Below are positions 22,580 to 35,323 of a stretch of DNA of 64,000 nt, piece after piece. Origin of the DNA: Emiliania huxleyi CCMP1516 (taxonomy: Eukaryota); NCBI RefSeq assembly GCF_000372725.1, contig NW_005202428.1, forward strand, positions 2,283,791 through 2,347,790, written 5' to 3'. The first letter of the stretch is position 1. Every line of letters starts with the position of its first letter. The position numbers and the translations under genes were made by a program. The notes beneath the pieces are model-generated. The model was not told the origin of the DNA, searched no databases, and saw only the letters and a list, made by a program, of their open reading frames with translations.

Positions 22580-23740
22580 ATATTGTGTGTGCTCGACCTC
22601 GAGGGCTATTTTTGGGCCAGGTACCAATTTTGTCGAATTTATTTCAAAGTCTGCAGGCGCGGAGCGCCTGCGAAAATTTTGAAAAAAATTGCGGCCAGGC
22701 CTGATTTCAACAAGATCTTTCAAATCTGCGGTGGGGTGGAGTTGGGGGGTGGGTTAGGTTAGGGTTGTTAGGGTTAGAGGGTTAGGGTCAGGGTTAGTCT
22801 TGTTGTGTCTGTATATGCCAGCGTTGCAGGGTTCTGCGCTGGGATCTGGCCCCACAGCGCCGACGACTAAGACTCAGCCCCGCACGCTGACCTAGGGTTG
22901 GTTCAGGGTTAGGGTTAGGGTTAGGGTTAGGGTTAGGGTTAGTCTTCTTGTGTTTGTATGCCAGCGTTGCAGAGTTCTGCGCTGGGATCTGGCCCCAGCG
23001 CCGACGAGTAAGACTCAGCACCGCACGCTGACCCCACCAAATGCCGCCTCAGGGCGCCAGGCCGCCAGCCACCACTTACACGTGGCCGGCGCCCTCTCGC
23101 GGCAAAAGGGTCGAGCGAGCGGGCCAGAGTCGCGATGTCTGCGCACCCGCGTGCCGATGGGCGGCGCACGCAGCGGAGAGAGGCCCTGTCACGCCGCCAG
23201 TAGCGTTCCGCACTCCCCAGCCACGCCACCAAATGCCGCCTCAGGGCGCCAGCCACCTCTTACACGCGGTCGGCGCCCTCTCGCGGCAAAAGGGTCGAGC
23301 GAGCGGGCAGAGTCGCGAGATGTCCCTGCGCACCTGGGTGTTCGCCGCCTATATGCTCTATCCTGTGCCAAGACTATATGCTCTATCCTGTGCCAAGACG
23401 GACACGTTTTGACAATCAAAATCTACCTTAAAATTTGCTGCCGCCCCTCGAAATTTGCTGATCAAAGTTTGCGGTGGCCCGGATCGAAACCTGTATACTT
23501 TGGCCAACTGGTTGAGCGCTGCAACATGCACACAGCACGCGACTAAAGCCGATGCCGTAAAGTACTCAAGGGACGGCTGTGTGTGCTCGACCTCGAGAGA
23601 TATTACTGCCAAGACGGGCACGTTTTGACAATCAAAATCTACCTTAAAATTTGCGGCCGCCCCTCGAAATTTGCAGGAAATTTGCTGACGTCAAACGATG
23701 TCAAAATTTGCGGTGGCCCGGAGATGTACTTTGGCCAAGG
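22580..23740. repeat. Complex repeat block with interstitial (TTAGGG)n and several duplicated 70-100-bp modules
   Basis: Telomeric runs at about 22750-22797 and 22892-22942; module pairs 22798/22943, 23036/23228, 23391/23607. Confidence 0.85.
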
Positions 23741-23974
23741 GATATTGTGGTCTGTTTACCATTACATTTATATGCGTGATCGCTTTCATCTGTTTACGTA
23801 TGAGAGTCCAGAGAACACGCAGAGTTCTGACAACTAGATAAACACAGACAGGTGTGCGGCACGCTCCAGCCTCCATCACAGGCGGGATTTCACCTCAGGC
23901 ACCCTTGGGGGTGCTCTCTCAGCTGCTCTGTGCACGTAATACTGTACACCACGCCTGCGACCGATGGCCCTCGC

Positions 23975-25096
23975 TCAGAGAGCCGCAACCAGGGTGCCGG
24001 CTGCCCGCGACGGTAGCAGCGTCCGCGGGCGGCCTCCCCACGGCGACAGCACAGGCAGCGAGTTTAGCAGCGGCCGCCGCTGGCCGCCGGCCCATTCCTC
24101 CAGGGCGGGGCACCCGCCCGACTCCTCGCCCAGAAAGGGTTTTGCCCACGCCTGCTTGAGCGCCTCGAGGGAGAGGCCGCCCACCTTGCCGTCGGGGTGG
24201 CCCGCGTCTGGCCCGAGCGCAGCCTTGTAGAGGCAGGAAACCCAGCAGGGCGAGGTGACGTTGGTGCGGTCCTTGCCGCAGGCGTCGAGGCATTCGGGCG
24301 CGCCAGCCCTCTGCACCTCCTCGCCAAAGACGCGGACGTGGCAGCTCCGGCTCACAATCTTGTCCACACTCGCGACGCGCCAGGTGCAGTCCCCGCCCTC
24401 CTCTCCGCAGAAGCCCGCCTCAAGGCTGCTGTACCAGGCGCCGCCGTCCGCGGCGGTGAGCTTGCCAAAAACACCTTCGACGTAGCACTGGGCCGGCGTG
24501 GGCGACGGGAGCTGCGGCGAGCGGCGGCACCCCTTGTGCCCAATTCCCTTGCCCATCAGGCTGTAGACCTCCTCAAAACCCACGGTTGTGTTGCAAGGAC
24601 GGAGCTTGGGCGGCCAGCTGGCAGCGCCGCCTGTGGCGAGGCAGTCGCAGATGTACTTGCCGTCCTCGCAGTATCCACCAAACGGATCTTGGCCTTCGAC
24701 GCACACGTTGCACGCGGCGTATCCAGAGAAGCGCGAGTCGACCTCCAGCGTCACCTTGTTGACGACGAGGTCTGCGCCCATCGCCTCTGGGTTGGTGCAG
24801 GGGTCGGGCCCGGGCAGCTTGTGCGAGTGATTCTGGCACAGCAAGGGCGAGATGAGGACCTCGAGGAGGTCGAAGAAGAGGTCGCCAGTCAGGTCAGCCG
24901 TGTTCATGTTCACCGGCACGGCGCCAAACGAATGTTGATTGACGTGAAAGACCGTGATGTTGCGAGCGAAGCGAGTGTCAGGCCGTCGGAGGACCTGGTC
25001 AGCTGGCGCGGTGGCCACCGTGGCAGGCTGGGTGGCGAACGTGGCCAGCGTGGCAGGCTGGGTGGCGAACCCAACGACGAAGATGGCAGTAAACAT
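23975..25096 (-). CDS. Intronless hypothetical Cys-rich, probably secreted protein
   Basis: Long ORF with hydrophobic N-terminus MFTAIFVVGFA, many spaced Cys and N-glycosylation sequons (NIT, NTT, NVT). Confidence 0.75.
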   Translation of the reverse strand: MFTAIFVVGFATQPATLATFATQPATVATAPADQVLRRPDTRFARNITVFHVNQHSFGAVPVNMNTADLTGDLFFDLLEVLISPLLCQNHSHKLPGPDPCTNPEAMGADLVVNKVTLEVDSRFSGYAACNVCVEGQDPFGGYCEDGKYICDCLATGGAASWPPKLRPCNTTVGFEEVYSLMGKGIGHKGCRRSPQLPSPTPAQCYVEGVFGKLTAADGGAWYSSLEAGFCGEEGGDCTWRVASVDKIVSRSCHVRVFGEEVQRAGAPECLDACGKDRTNVTSPCWVSCLYKAALGPDAGHPDGKVGGLSLEALKQAWAKPFLGEESGGCPALEEWAGGQRRPLLNSLPVLSPWGGRPRTLLPSRAAGTLVAAL

Positions 25097-26693
25097 GTTG
25101 GTCAAGGAGTGAGACGCCCTTAGCGCGAGGCTTGCTCCTTGCTTCAGCTGGCTGAAAAAAGAAAACCGAGTCACTTCAACCCCGAAGGGATGACAAAAGC
25201 CACCATACATTTCACTTGCACCTCGAGAGGCTATTCCCAGCCCTAGAGGTGCAAAAGAAGGTGCTCTTCCGTTTGATCAGATCACAGCTACCTACTCGCC
25301 TGCGAAGCGGGCCTCTTCTGCGTCGGCTCCTCCCTCTGCGGCTAACTCCGAGGCGCCGGAGGAGATCCAGAACGAGGCACTCTTCCCGGCTTGCCGCGCA
25401 TACGGCCCAGGAGCTAGGTGAACGATTCCTCGCTGCGGCGCAAGAGGAGGGCACCTTTGGCGAGTGGCTCGACGAGCTGCCGTTTGAGGTGGCTGCGGCA
25501 ACCGCCCGGCTGCTCAAGCACCACGCGCGCTCCGGCACGTGGATCGAGATCACTCCCGGCAGCCCTAGCCAGGCCCCGCGCGCTGGCCGCGACCGCGACC
25601 GCGGCCCTCACTTGAGCCCGAATTGCCCATCAGTCAGACGCGCCGGAACCGTCCGACTATAGCGACTAGCACACCTCTGTCAAGAGTCCCCAGAAAGAAA
25701 CCCGAGCAGTCACACAGTCCACGCCTGTGTGATGCACGCCCTGTGAGCGGGGCGGGGTGCGCACTGTGCCTCTGTGTTCGTGCGTCGCCCATGGATATGC
25801 AACGGTGGCATAAAGTGAATGATACACCGTCGCATCTCTCCTGGAGATGTGGGCTTTATTCATTTACTAGCTGAGGGGCTCGCTAAACGCTCGCCGCTCC
25901 ATGCTGTGCAACACCACCTCCTCACAGACGTCAGGGGCGCGGAGAGCGCAGTGCACTGCGGTGAGGCTGCGCAGCGGGGGCTCGCCCCCTGGGCACCGCT
26001 CAGCGGCGCGGGGGAGGGCGGTGGCGGGCGGCGGCGAGGCGCCAGGCGCCGGTGGCGGCGGTGGTGCGGGCGGCGGGTTGACAGGGGAGGCGGCGGGATT
26101 GACAGGGGAGGCGGCGGCCACGAGCGGAGCGGCGGCGAGAGGGGGGGCGGCGGCGAGGCGCCGGCGAGCGAGGCGCCCGCGCCATCAGAGGGACGCGCCG
26201 CGAGATGGAGGGCGGCGGCAGCGGCGGCGGCGGCGGCGGCGAGAACGGCGGCACCGAGTTGTCTCGGCGAGCGGAGCGGCGGCGGGAGGAGGAGCAGGCG
26301 GCGCTCGCTCGCTGTTGACGGGAGCGCTGTTTTGAGCCTGGGATCCCATGCCACTGCGACCGGCGTGCCCGGGAACAGAGATCGCGCGCGCGCCGCCACT
26401 CACGACGCGCGCGCGATCTTCGCGGAGTCGGGTCCCAGAGGGAAGCGGTCTTCTCGGCCGACGTCCAGCGGCGCGCGAGGAAGCAGGCGCAGCGGAGGCG
26501 GCCGCGGGTCCCAGTAGCACCGGCTCGGCGCCGGGCGGTTTGCGCTGCCGCGAGCCGCGTCCTGGCTGAGCCTCGGCAGCGCGGCGCGGCGCGGCGCTCG
26601 CGCCTCTGCCGTGCCGAGAGCGGCATATACGTGTGTGCAGGTCCGCACTTCAGCTGGTTTCGGGGCTTCGCTGGGTTACCCTTATATGAGCAC

Positions 26694-27417
26694 TTGAGCA
26701 CTGGATAGGGTCGATTCCGCATGGTACGGGACCCCTCGATCGTCTCGCCCTCCCTCACTGGTGTGTTCATTGGGGGGGGGCATAACAAACATGGTACAGG
26801 ATCGAGGTGCACGCTGCCACAGAGCAGTGTCGTCCCGCCTCTCCCCGACGGTGATGGCGGTGTGACCGATCGAGCTACAAGAGGAGCTTGTTCAGCAGGA
26901 TCAGGGTGGGCCGAGCAGTTCCTCCTCAATGGGTGAGCATTCTTACTATTCTTGCATCTTGGTGAAATCCCCCTGCGCTCATTCCCTGCCCTCTCCCACC
27001 ACACACTCCGTCAGAGCCCCCTCCCCTCTTGAGGAATTTTGACAATTAACCAGATGGATCAATGACAATCGATGGGCTTGCCCATCCCGGAGTGGTTCGA
27101 CTCCACATAAATCCGAGACGGTGATGGGAGGGTCGTGTGGTGGTCTCAGGCCCAGTGAGGTAGTGCATCTGACTATCCCGGATCCTGCTGAACAAGCTCC
27201 TCTTGTAGCTCGATCGGTCACACCGCCATCGCCGTCGGGGAGAGGGGGGACGACACTGCTTTGGCAGCGTGCACCTCGATCCTTGGAGCACTTGGAGTGC
27301 AGTCATTGATCCTGTACCGTGTTTGTTATGACCCCCCCCAATGAACACACCAGTGAGGGAGGGCGAGACGATCGAGGGGTCCCGTACCATGCGGAATCGA
27401 CCCTATCCAGTGCTCAA
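26694..27417. mobile_element. Foldback / MULE-like non-autonomous element with ~210-bp inverted arms
   Basis: 26694-~26902 is the reverse complement of 27181-27417 apart from a short insertion in the right arm; no clear TSD. Confidence 0.8.
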
Positions 27418-27564
27418 AAAAGATAAGAATTCCCAGCGATCCCTCTTGTAATCAGCTCCCTGGGGGTTCAGCTCCTCGTACGTACAGTTGGCCCCGGGGC
27501 TGCGGCCCCGTTGCGCAACCGCGGAGCGTCTCCGTGCCAGGTGTCGACCGAGGCAGGCCCGGCC

Positions 27565-29566
27565 ATGGGTTGCTGCAACTCAAAGCTGCCGCCGCAGACC
27601 GCCTGCTATCATGACGGGTCGAATGAAACGCCTGAGACCGAAACGAGCGAAGTGATGAGCTCAGACGACGAGGCTGATGGAAGCCAGCTCGTGCTGACGC
27701 TGCTGAGCGCGTCCAACATGCCGCGCCTGGACCTCTTCTCGGCGAGCGACATTTACGCCGTCGCCTTCTTGCAGGTCGACGGCGAGCCGCGGCCGCCACG
27801 CGTTACCTGGCCAGTCAAGGCCGACGCCACGAATCCCGTTTGGAACTCGAGCCGCCTGCTCGGGTGTGCGGAGGAGGGCGCGGTGGTGGTGGTGGACTTT
27901 TATGACCACGACGAGAGCGCCGCATACGACGTCACCAAGCTGAGCGGCTCGCGGCCCGACTTTATCGGCCGCGCTGTCCTCCCAGTCGCAGATCTGCCGG
28001 TCGGCGGCGGCTCCGTGGAGGCCCTGCTCGAGCTGCCGCGCCGCTCGCTCTCCCTGTCGTCGTTGCGCCGCGCCTTGCAGCCCCCGGGACACCCGCCCGC
28101 CTGCACCCTCGCTCGCGTCGCGCCGAGCATGCTGCGGGGCCCGCGCCGCAAGGTGGTCTACTTGATACGGCACGGCGAGTCGCTATGGAACGAGGTGCCC
28201 TCCACCCTCCCCCCTCCACTCTCCTAACGCGCCAACCTCCCCACCCACCCCAGCACGCAATCACGCCTCGCCCTCTGCCACCTCATGCGGCAGGCACAGG
28301 CCGACAAGGACGTCTACGGCATGCTCTCAGACGTGGACCACCCGCTCACCGCCGAGGGGCGAGCGCAGGCCGAGGCCCTCGCCGCGCAACTGTCCGCCGC
28401 TGCGGGTGCGACGCCGGGCGGCGACTCGCTGCTCGAGTCGACGCAGGCGCCGCCCCCCTCCCCGCCCGGCCCGCGCCTCCCCCCCCCCAAACCCCACCAC
28501 CTCCCCACCACCGCGTCCATCCCCACCACTGATCCCACCGCCGCCCTCCCCTCCGCCCTCCGCCCTCCCCCCGCCCCCCTCAGGTGCTCTGCTCGCCACT
28601 CACCCGCGCCGTGCAGACCTGCCTGATTGGGCTGGCGCCGCTACTGGCCGGTGAGGTCCCGCGCGTGCGCGTGGTCACCCTCGACCCGAACTTGCGTGAG
28701 AAGAGGAACGCGATGGGCAAGGACTCGTCTGGCAAGTGGGTCGGCGGCAAGCTGCAGGCCGGCGTCCGCACCACCCTCCGCGCCCTCTACGACGACGCGC
28801 CGGAGCGCGCGGCGCCGCTCTGCGAGGCGCGCGCCTCGAGGGATGCCGAGATATAGGCCGAGAGCGATGCGGAGGTGCGGGGCGTCGATCGAGGGAGATG
28901 GCGCGGGGCCACCCGACGCTGCCCCGCACCCCTCCCCTGGCCGGCGAGTAGGTGCCTCTCGACCTCGAGATGGTGCAGGCGAAGTGGTGGCTCGGCAGCC
29001 GCGAGACGGAGGCCTCCGTGGACGCGAGGTCACGACACACCTAGATATGAGGCCTCTGCTGACGCGACCTGGCACACGTCGCGCCACTGTGTGTGTCACA
29101 TCTGCATGCACCCCCGCTCTAGCCCACAGCGTGTCTTTGACGCGCCCGTAGGATCGAGGAGCTCGGCGCGCGCCTCTGCTACTCGCCGCACAACGTCATC
29201 GCCGTCGTCGGCCACTCGCACTACTTTCGGCAGCTCTTCCGCGCGCAGCTCGACGAGCGCGCGACGCTCGACGGAGGCGACGCCTCGGCGCTCACCGTGC
29301 AGAAGCTCAGCAACGCAGGCGCGGGACGGCGCGCGGCGAGGCGAGACCCACCGGTGCGCACTTCGCCCTGAGCCGCCGCTGTGCGCGACTTTAGGCGTGG
29401 CGAGGTGCGAGGTCGAGTTCCGAGCCGAAGGCGGGCCGCCCCGCCCTGGTCCAAGCGCGCCGCCGAGAGGGAGGCGCCACGGAGGCTCTCACCCGCCTCG
29501 CGTGCGCGCTCCGCAGGCGCGCGCATCACGGCGGTCCAGCTGCTGCCGGGGACCGAGCTGGTGTGA
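27565..29566 (+). CDS. C2-domain + histidine phosphatase (PGAM-like) protein with MGCC N-terminus, multi-exon
   Basis: C2: ASNMPRLDLFSASDIY...TNPVWN...FYDHD...DFIG; phosphatase: VYLIRHGES, DHPLTAEGRAQA, CSPLTRAVQT, VVGHSHYF. Confidence 0.85.
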
Positions 29567-29755
29567 CGGCGTGCCAGGGAGGATAGCCAAGCGGTTCGCT
29601 CTCCCTATGGATCCGAGGATTTACAATTTTTTGATTTGATTAAGGCCTCTCAAAAAAGAAAAATCTCGTTGGACGGACGGCTGAGACCCGGAAAGTGAGA
29701 AGGCGTCTTGCCGCTCGCCGCCGCTGTGTGCCGCTGTGACCCTTACCGTCGTCCG

Positions 29756-32700
29756 ATGGCGTCCAGCCTGCTCTCGAGCGAGGGCGTGGCCGAGGGTCAG
29801 CGCGTGTGGATCAAGAACAAATCGTCGGACCCGAGAGAGCCACCCTTCCTCGCCGGGACTGTCGTCGAGGCGGATGGCACCACCGCCAAAATCGCGCTCG
29901 ACAACTGGGGCTCAGGTGAGACGGTCGCGGTGTCAGAGTCGGAGCTTGACGTGGCCAACGCCGTCTCTGCTGAGCTGAGCGGCGGCGAGGAGCGGGCGGA
30001 GCCGGACAACTGCGATCTTCTCCAGCTCTCAGAGGCGACGCTGCTGCACAACACGCTCCTCCGCTACCGCCGCGACGAGATCTACACCTTCACGTGCGCG
30101 AGCCCGCTCCAGAGTCCCTGCCGCGCACGCCCTCACACACCACCCGATACCACCCACGGCCGCCAGCCCACCACCCACTGCCTGCTGCAGCGGACCGATT
30201 GTCACGTCGCTCAACCCGTGCAAGCCCATCGACGGCCTCTACTCGACGGAGCGCATGAAGGTGCCCCGGACGCACCGCCGAATCGGGACGTCGCCGCGGA
30301 TGACGCACCTCCGTTCCCCCGCCGGCAGGCTGCCAAGCCTCGCGAGGAGGACGAGCTCGGCGCGCCCAACCCGCACATCTACTCTGTCGGCGCAAATGCG
30401 TACAAGACCCTGTGCGAGACGGGCCGCAACCAGTCGATCGTCGTTACGGGCATCTCTGGCGCGGGCAAGACCGAGGCGAACAAGTACCTCCTCAAGTACC
30501 TCGTCTGGCGGGCGAGCAAGGAGGGCACGGAGAGCTCGCCGATGGCGCAGACCGTGCTCGACTCGACGCCTGTCTTTGAGGCGTTCGGCAACGCGACCAC
30601 CGTGATGAACCCAAACTCGTCGCGCTTCGGCAAGTTCATGCGCGTGCTCTTTGACGACGCGGGCTGCATCTCGGGCGCCAACATCTCCACCTACCTCCTC
30701 GAGAAGTCGCGCCTCGCCCTGCAGCAGCCCGGCGAGACCAACTTCCACATCTTCTACCAGCTGCTCGCGGGGCTCGACGACGGCGCCCTCGCCAAGCTCC
30801 ACCTTGGGCGCGACTCGGCGAGCTTCCACTACCTCACGCGCGCGGGGTCGGGCGTGCGCGAGGGCCTCGACGACGTGAACGAGTTCAAGGCGACCCACTC
30901 GTCCATGCAGACGCTCGGCCTCCGGCCAGACGACGTGTTCTCCATCCTTGCCGGCATCCTGAACCTCGGCAACGTCACCTTTGAGGTCGTCGATGAGAAC
31001 AACGCCGAGCGCGCGTCCAAGGTGTCGAACCCGGACGTGATTGCAAAGGCGGAGGCGCTGCTGGGCATGACCGGCCTCAGCCGGGTCCTCACCGTGCGGC
31101 GCGTCCAGGCGGGCGCGCGGGCGTCCGTGTACGAGAAGCCGCTCAACCCCGAGCAGGCGGGCCGCGCGCGCGATGCGCTGAGCAAGCGCGTGTACGACCG
31201 CCTCTTCTCGTGGATCGTCAAGTCCATCAACGAGTGCGTGGCGCCGCCGGGCGCGGCGCCTCCCACCGACGGCTCGCGCGTGGCCGGCAAGTGGATCGGC
31301 CTCCTCGACATCTTCGGCTTCGAGATCTTCAGCTCCAACTCGCTCGAGCAGGTGCATCCCACCGCCGGCCTCTCGCCTCCCGCCCGCGCGATCGCGCAAG
31401 GGACCCCTGCCTCACCGCTCCAATCCCCCTCGGCAGCTGCTCATCAACCTGGCCAACGAGAAGCTGCAGCGCTTCTTCCTCGACTCCGTCTTCAACTACG
31501 AGCAGGCTCATTCACTTATGCAGCCTCCCACTCCCCTGCTGCCTCTCACCGCGACCACCGCTTCTGCCGGCCTCCCTCCACCCCCCCCCACCCCCCCCCT
31601 CTGCCGCCGCCGCAGCTCCCCTCCCCTCTCTCTTGCATGCTTTCCTAACCACTGATGCCCTCCAAAGGCGCACTACGAGGCGGAGCAGATCGAGTGGACG
31701 GCCGTCGAGGTGCCCGACAACGGCCCGATCGTGGCCGCCATCGAGGACCTGCCGAACGGAGTGCTCCCCCTGCTGGACGAGCAGTGCTGGCTCGGCGACC
31801 GCGGCAAGGACTCGACTTTCTGCACCCTCCTCAACCAGAAGAACCCCATCTGCTCCGCCGAGTTCGCCAAGCTCGACCAGAAGGGGCGCGCACGCTTCGA
31901 CCCGAGCAACAACTTCACGCTCGCCCACTTTGTCGCGCCTGTGACCTACACCGCGCAAGAGTTCATCGAGAAGAACCGCGACTCGATCTTCGAGGAGATG
32001 GCGCATGCGCTCGTCGACTCGACCAATCCCCTCCTGCCCGAACTCTTCCCAGCCTCCGAGCTCGACGCGACGGAGGTCCGCGCAGCCAAGGGCTCGGGCA
32101 AGTCGTACGGTGCGCTCCCCGCGCCTCGCATCCGGCGCCGCGTGCTCGTCCCCTGCACTCCGGCGGGACGCCCGGCTGCGACGCGGCCTGACCGCCTCTT
32201 GCGTCGCACCGCCGCACCGCAGGCTCCGTGGCGTCCAAGTTTGGGTCGTCGCTCACCGATTTGCTCGCCGAGCTCGCCTCGACCGACCCCGGCTTCGTGC
32301 GCACCATCAAGCCGAACGTGGGGCTCAAGCCCGGGGCGCCGGACGAGCGGCTGATCCTCGAGCAGCTGCGGACGTGCGGCATGCTGCAGTGCGTCAAGAT
32401 GATCCGCTCGATGTTCCCGACGCGCATCCTGTACACGGACGTGGTGGCGCGCTACGCCAGCTGCGTCGCGTCTTACTCGTTTATGGCGGAGCGCGAGCCG
32501 CGCGACTTCACCGCCGCCATCTGCGAGTCGTTCGACGTCGACCCCGAGGAGTACCGACTCGGCCTGACCAAGCTCTTCATCAAGGGCGGTTGTGCGGTTG
32601 CGCTCAACAAGCTGCTCCGCGGCGCCACCACGCGCGCCGAGCAGCTGCTGCAAGAGGCGCTCCTCCGCTGGAAGCTCAAGCTCTGGCACAAGGAGCGTTT

Positions 32701-35323
32701 CGTCGTCGAGAAGCTGATGGCGTGGGCCTCGCGCGCGCGCGCGCGCCTGGGGAAGCCGACGATCCTGCCCACCACCCACCACATCCTCGCGTACCGAGCG
32801 CTCCGGCGAGCCTACGTCGACGAGCTGTGGCGCCAGCGCGCGGCGGCAAAGGTGCAGGCGCTGATCAAGGCGCGGAAGCAGCGCGAGCGCAACCTGCTCG
32901 AGAGGAAGGCTGCCGTCGTCCTCGGCGCTGCCATGCGCTGCACGCTTGCCCAGCGCGAGCTGGCCCGCCGGAAGGCCAACTACGACGCTGCGACCAAAAT
33001 CCAGGCATGCGCCCGCGCCGCCGCCCAACGTGATCGCTACAAGCAGCTCCTTCACAAGCGCGATAGCGCAGCGACAATGATGCAGGCCTCCGCGCGGGCC
33101 TGTGCCGCGCGAGGCCGGTACAACAGACTCCGAGCCGCGATTACACTGCAGGCTGCAGCGCGAGCCCTTGCCGCACGAACCTTGTACAACAAACTTCGCG
33201 CCGCCGTCTCACTGCAGGCACGCGCCGCCCGCCCCAGCCCCACGCCCGAATAGACAGACGCGGGGAGGAGAGGGAAGAGGGGGGGGGGGGGGGGGGGGTG
33301 CCCCCCCCCCCTCCCCGCGGAAACCTGCGTGCTCTCTCTGCAGGGTTAACCCCGGATGCCCCCGTGCCCCACCCCAAACTTGGAATGGAAAGAAGCCCAA
33401 ACCCCGGGGATGGGGATTGCCCCAAATCCCCCGAAAAAGGAAGCCCTTAAGGAGTTCTCTGCCCACCGGGTTCAGGGGGGGGCNNNNNNNNNNNNNNNNN
33501 NNNNNNNNNNNNNNNNNNNNNNNNNNNNNNNNNNNNNNNNNNNNNNNNNNNNNNNNNNNNNNNNNNNNNNNNNNNNNNNNNNNCCCCAGTATCATTTTTG
33601 CCGCCGCCTGAACCCGCGTGGCAGAGAACTGCCTCAGCGCCTCCCTCTTCCGCGCATTTGCGGCAATCACCATCCACCGGGCTCTGGCTTCCTTCCATTG
33701 CGGGTGTCGGGTGCGCGCGCGCCATCCGCGCGTAAGCCTGCGTGCTCTCTCTGCAGGCTTACGCGCGGATGCGCGCGTGCCGCACCCGACACTTGGAATG
33801 GAAGGAAGCCAGAGCCCGGTGGATGGTGATTGCCGCAAATGCGCGGAAGAGGGAGGCGCTGAGGCAGTTCTCTGCCACGCGGGTTCAGGCGGCGGCGCGA
33901 ATGCGACTGGCGCGACTGAAGCTTCTGGCATTCAAGGAGGCGCCACTCCGTGCGCTCATCCGGATGCAGGCGCTCGCGCGAGGGAAGCCGCCACAGAGGG
34001 CGCTGCGGATGGCGCTGCTCGCGGTGCGCGTGCTGCAGTCCATCTGGAGGATGAAGCGGATCCAGATCATCCGGAGGAAGCTGCTCGAGGCGGCGCGCGT
34101 GCTGCAAAAGGGCGCCGTCATGCTCAAGTACAAGAAGAAGGGCGGCTTCCTCGGCACCAACCACGAGCCGCACCGCCGATTCGTTTGGCTCTCGGGCGAC
34201 ATGCGCAACCTCTGCTGGTGTGCTGCCATCCCTCCCTCTCTCAAACTGCCTGCCCCACCCGCCATGCTCGCTGTTGGCGCCCCCGGTAGGGCCGCCAAGG
34301 CCGACAAGGCTCCAGACCACAGCCCCCCTCGGCTCACTCTCCGCCTCCACACCCAGGTGCAAGCCTTCGGAGCAGGGCGAGCCCGCCAAGGCTGCCAAGC
34401 CCACGTTCATGTCCAAGACCAACAAGGCGACACCGACGCACAGCCCGGCTCTGCCTCGCACCCACCCGGCCCCAGACGCTGGCGCCAACTCCCCTGTCGA
34501 CAGGTGATTGCAAACAAGACGGTCATCCTGGCCCACGTCGGGGTTCGCTCTGCCCGCATCCCTGCCCGCAAGACAGACAGACGACTGGCTGCCCGCCTCC
34601 CGCCCACCCCGCTTTCCGTGACGCGTCCGCCACCCTCGCCACAGGCCATCGGTATCGGCGCCCAGACGACCGTCCTTAAGAAGATGGACAACCCGGGCAT
34701 CATGCAGAAGCTGGTCGAGAAGCGCAAGGACGGCACGATCGATGAGAACGCCTTCTCCATCATCGTGCCCGGCATCTGGGACGCAGACACGCAAAAGATC
34801 CTGCCGGAGCGCCGGCTGGACCTGTACGCCGAGTCGAAGTCGGAGCGCGAGGCGTGGGCAAAGGCGCTGAAGGTGCATCTCTCGCCCCGCCGCTGAGAAG
34901 GCACTTCATGCGGCTGCCCACGCTGTGTGCGCGCCGCGCTCGCAGGTGGTGCTCGATCACGGCCACGTCTTCGACACGTCCTACCTCATTGCGTACCAGC
35001 GGCAGCAGGAGGAGAAGGAGCGCGGCAGCTTGGCGGGCAAGAGCGGGTCCGACTCGAGCACGTCCGACCTCTCGACCACCGTCAAAACACTCGCCTTTGC
35101 AGAGGGCCAGCTGGCCAAGGCGCAGTCGTCCGACATTGACGAGCTGCGCAAGCTCTCGGCGCGCACCAACAAAGGTGGCAGCACTGCGTCGCTCGGGCGG
35201 GTGCCAGAGGGCAGTCCAGAGGTGCCGGGCGCCCCGCCAAAGGAGTCGGCCATCTCGGCGATCAACGCTCGCGTCGGATCTTTCATGGTGCGGGGGAAAA
35301 AGCCGACGGCCCCGGGCGCCTGA
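29756..35323 (+). CDS. Unconventional myosin: motor domain, multiple IQ motifs, PH-like tail; multi-exon, spans an N gap
   Basis: PHIYSV, NQSIVVTGISGAGKT, EAFGNATT..NPNSSRFGK, YLLEKSR, IGLLDIFGFE, LEQLLINLANEKLQ, FVRTIKPN, LGLTKLF, repeated (I/L)QA..R...AR, KGAVMLKYKK...RFVWLS...EREAWAKAL. Confidence 0.95.

Noticed and set aside
25216..26650. Genes in 25216-25662 (+) and 25860-26650 (-)
   Set aside because: Partly coding-like, but no recognisable motif, an in-frame stop and no consistent exon model.
33300..33700. Apparent duplicated and inverted myosin exon around the gap
   Set aside because: The left copy is homopolymer-degraded like a failing read end, and the long inverted arm abuts the N gap; most likely a sequencing or assembly artefact.
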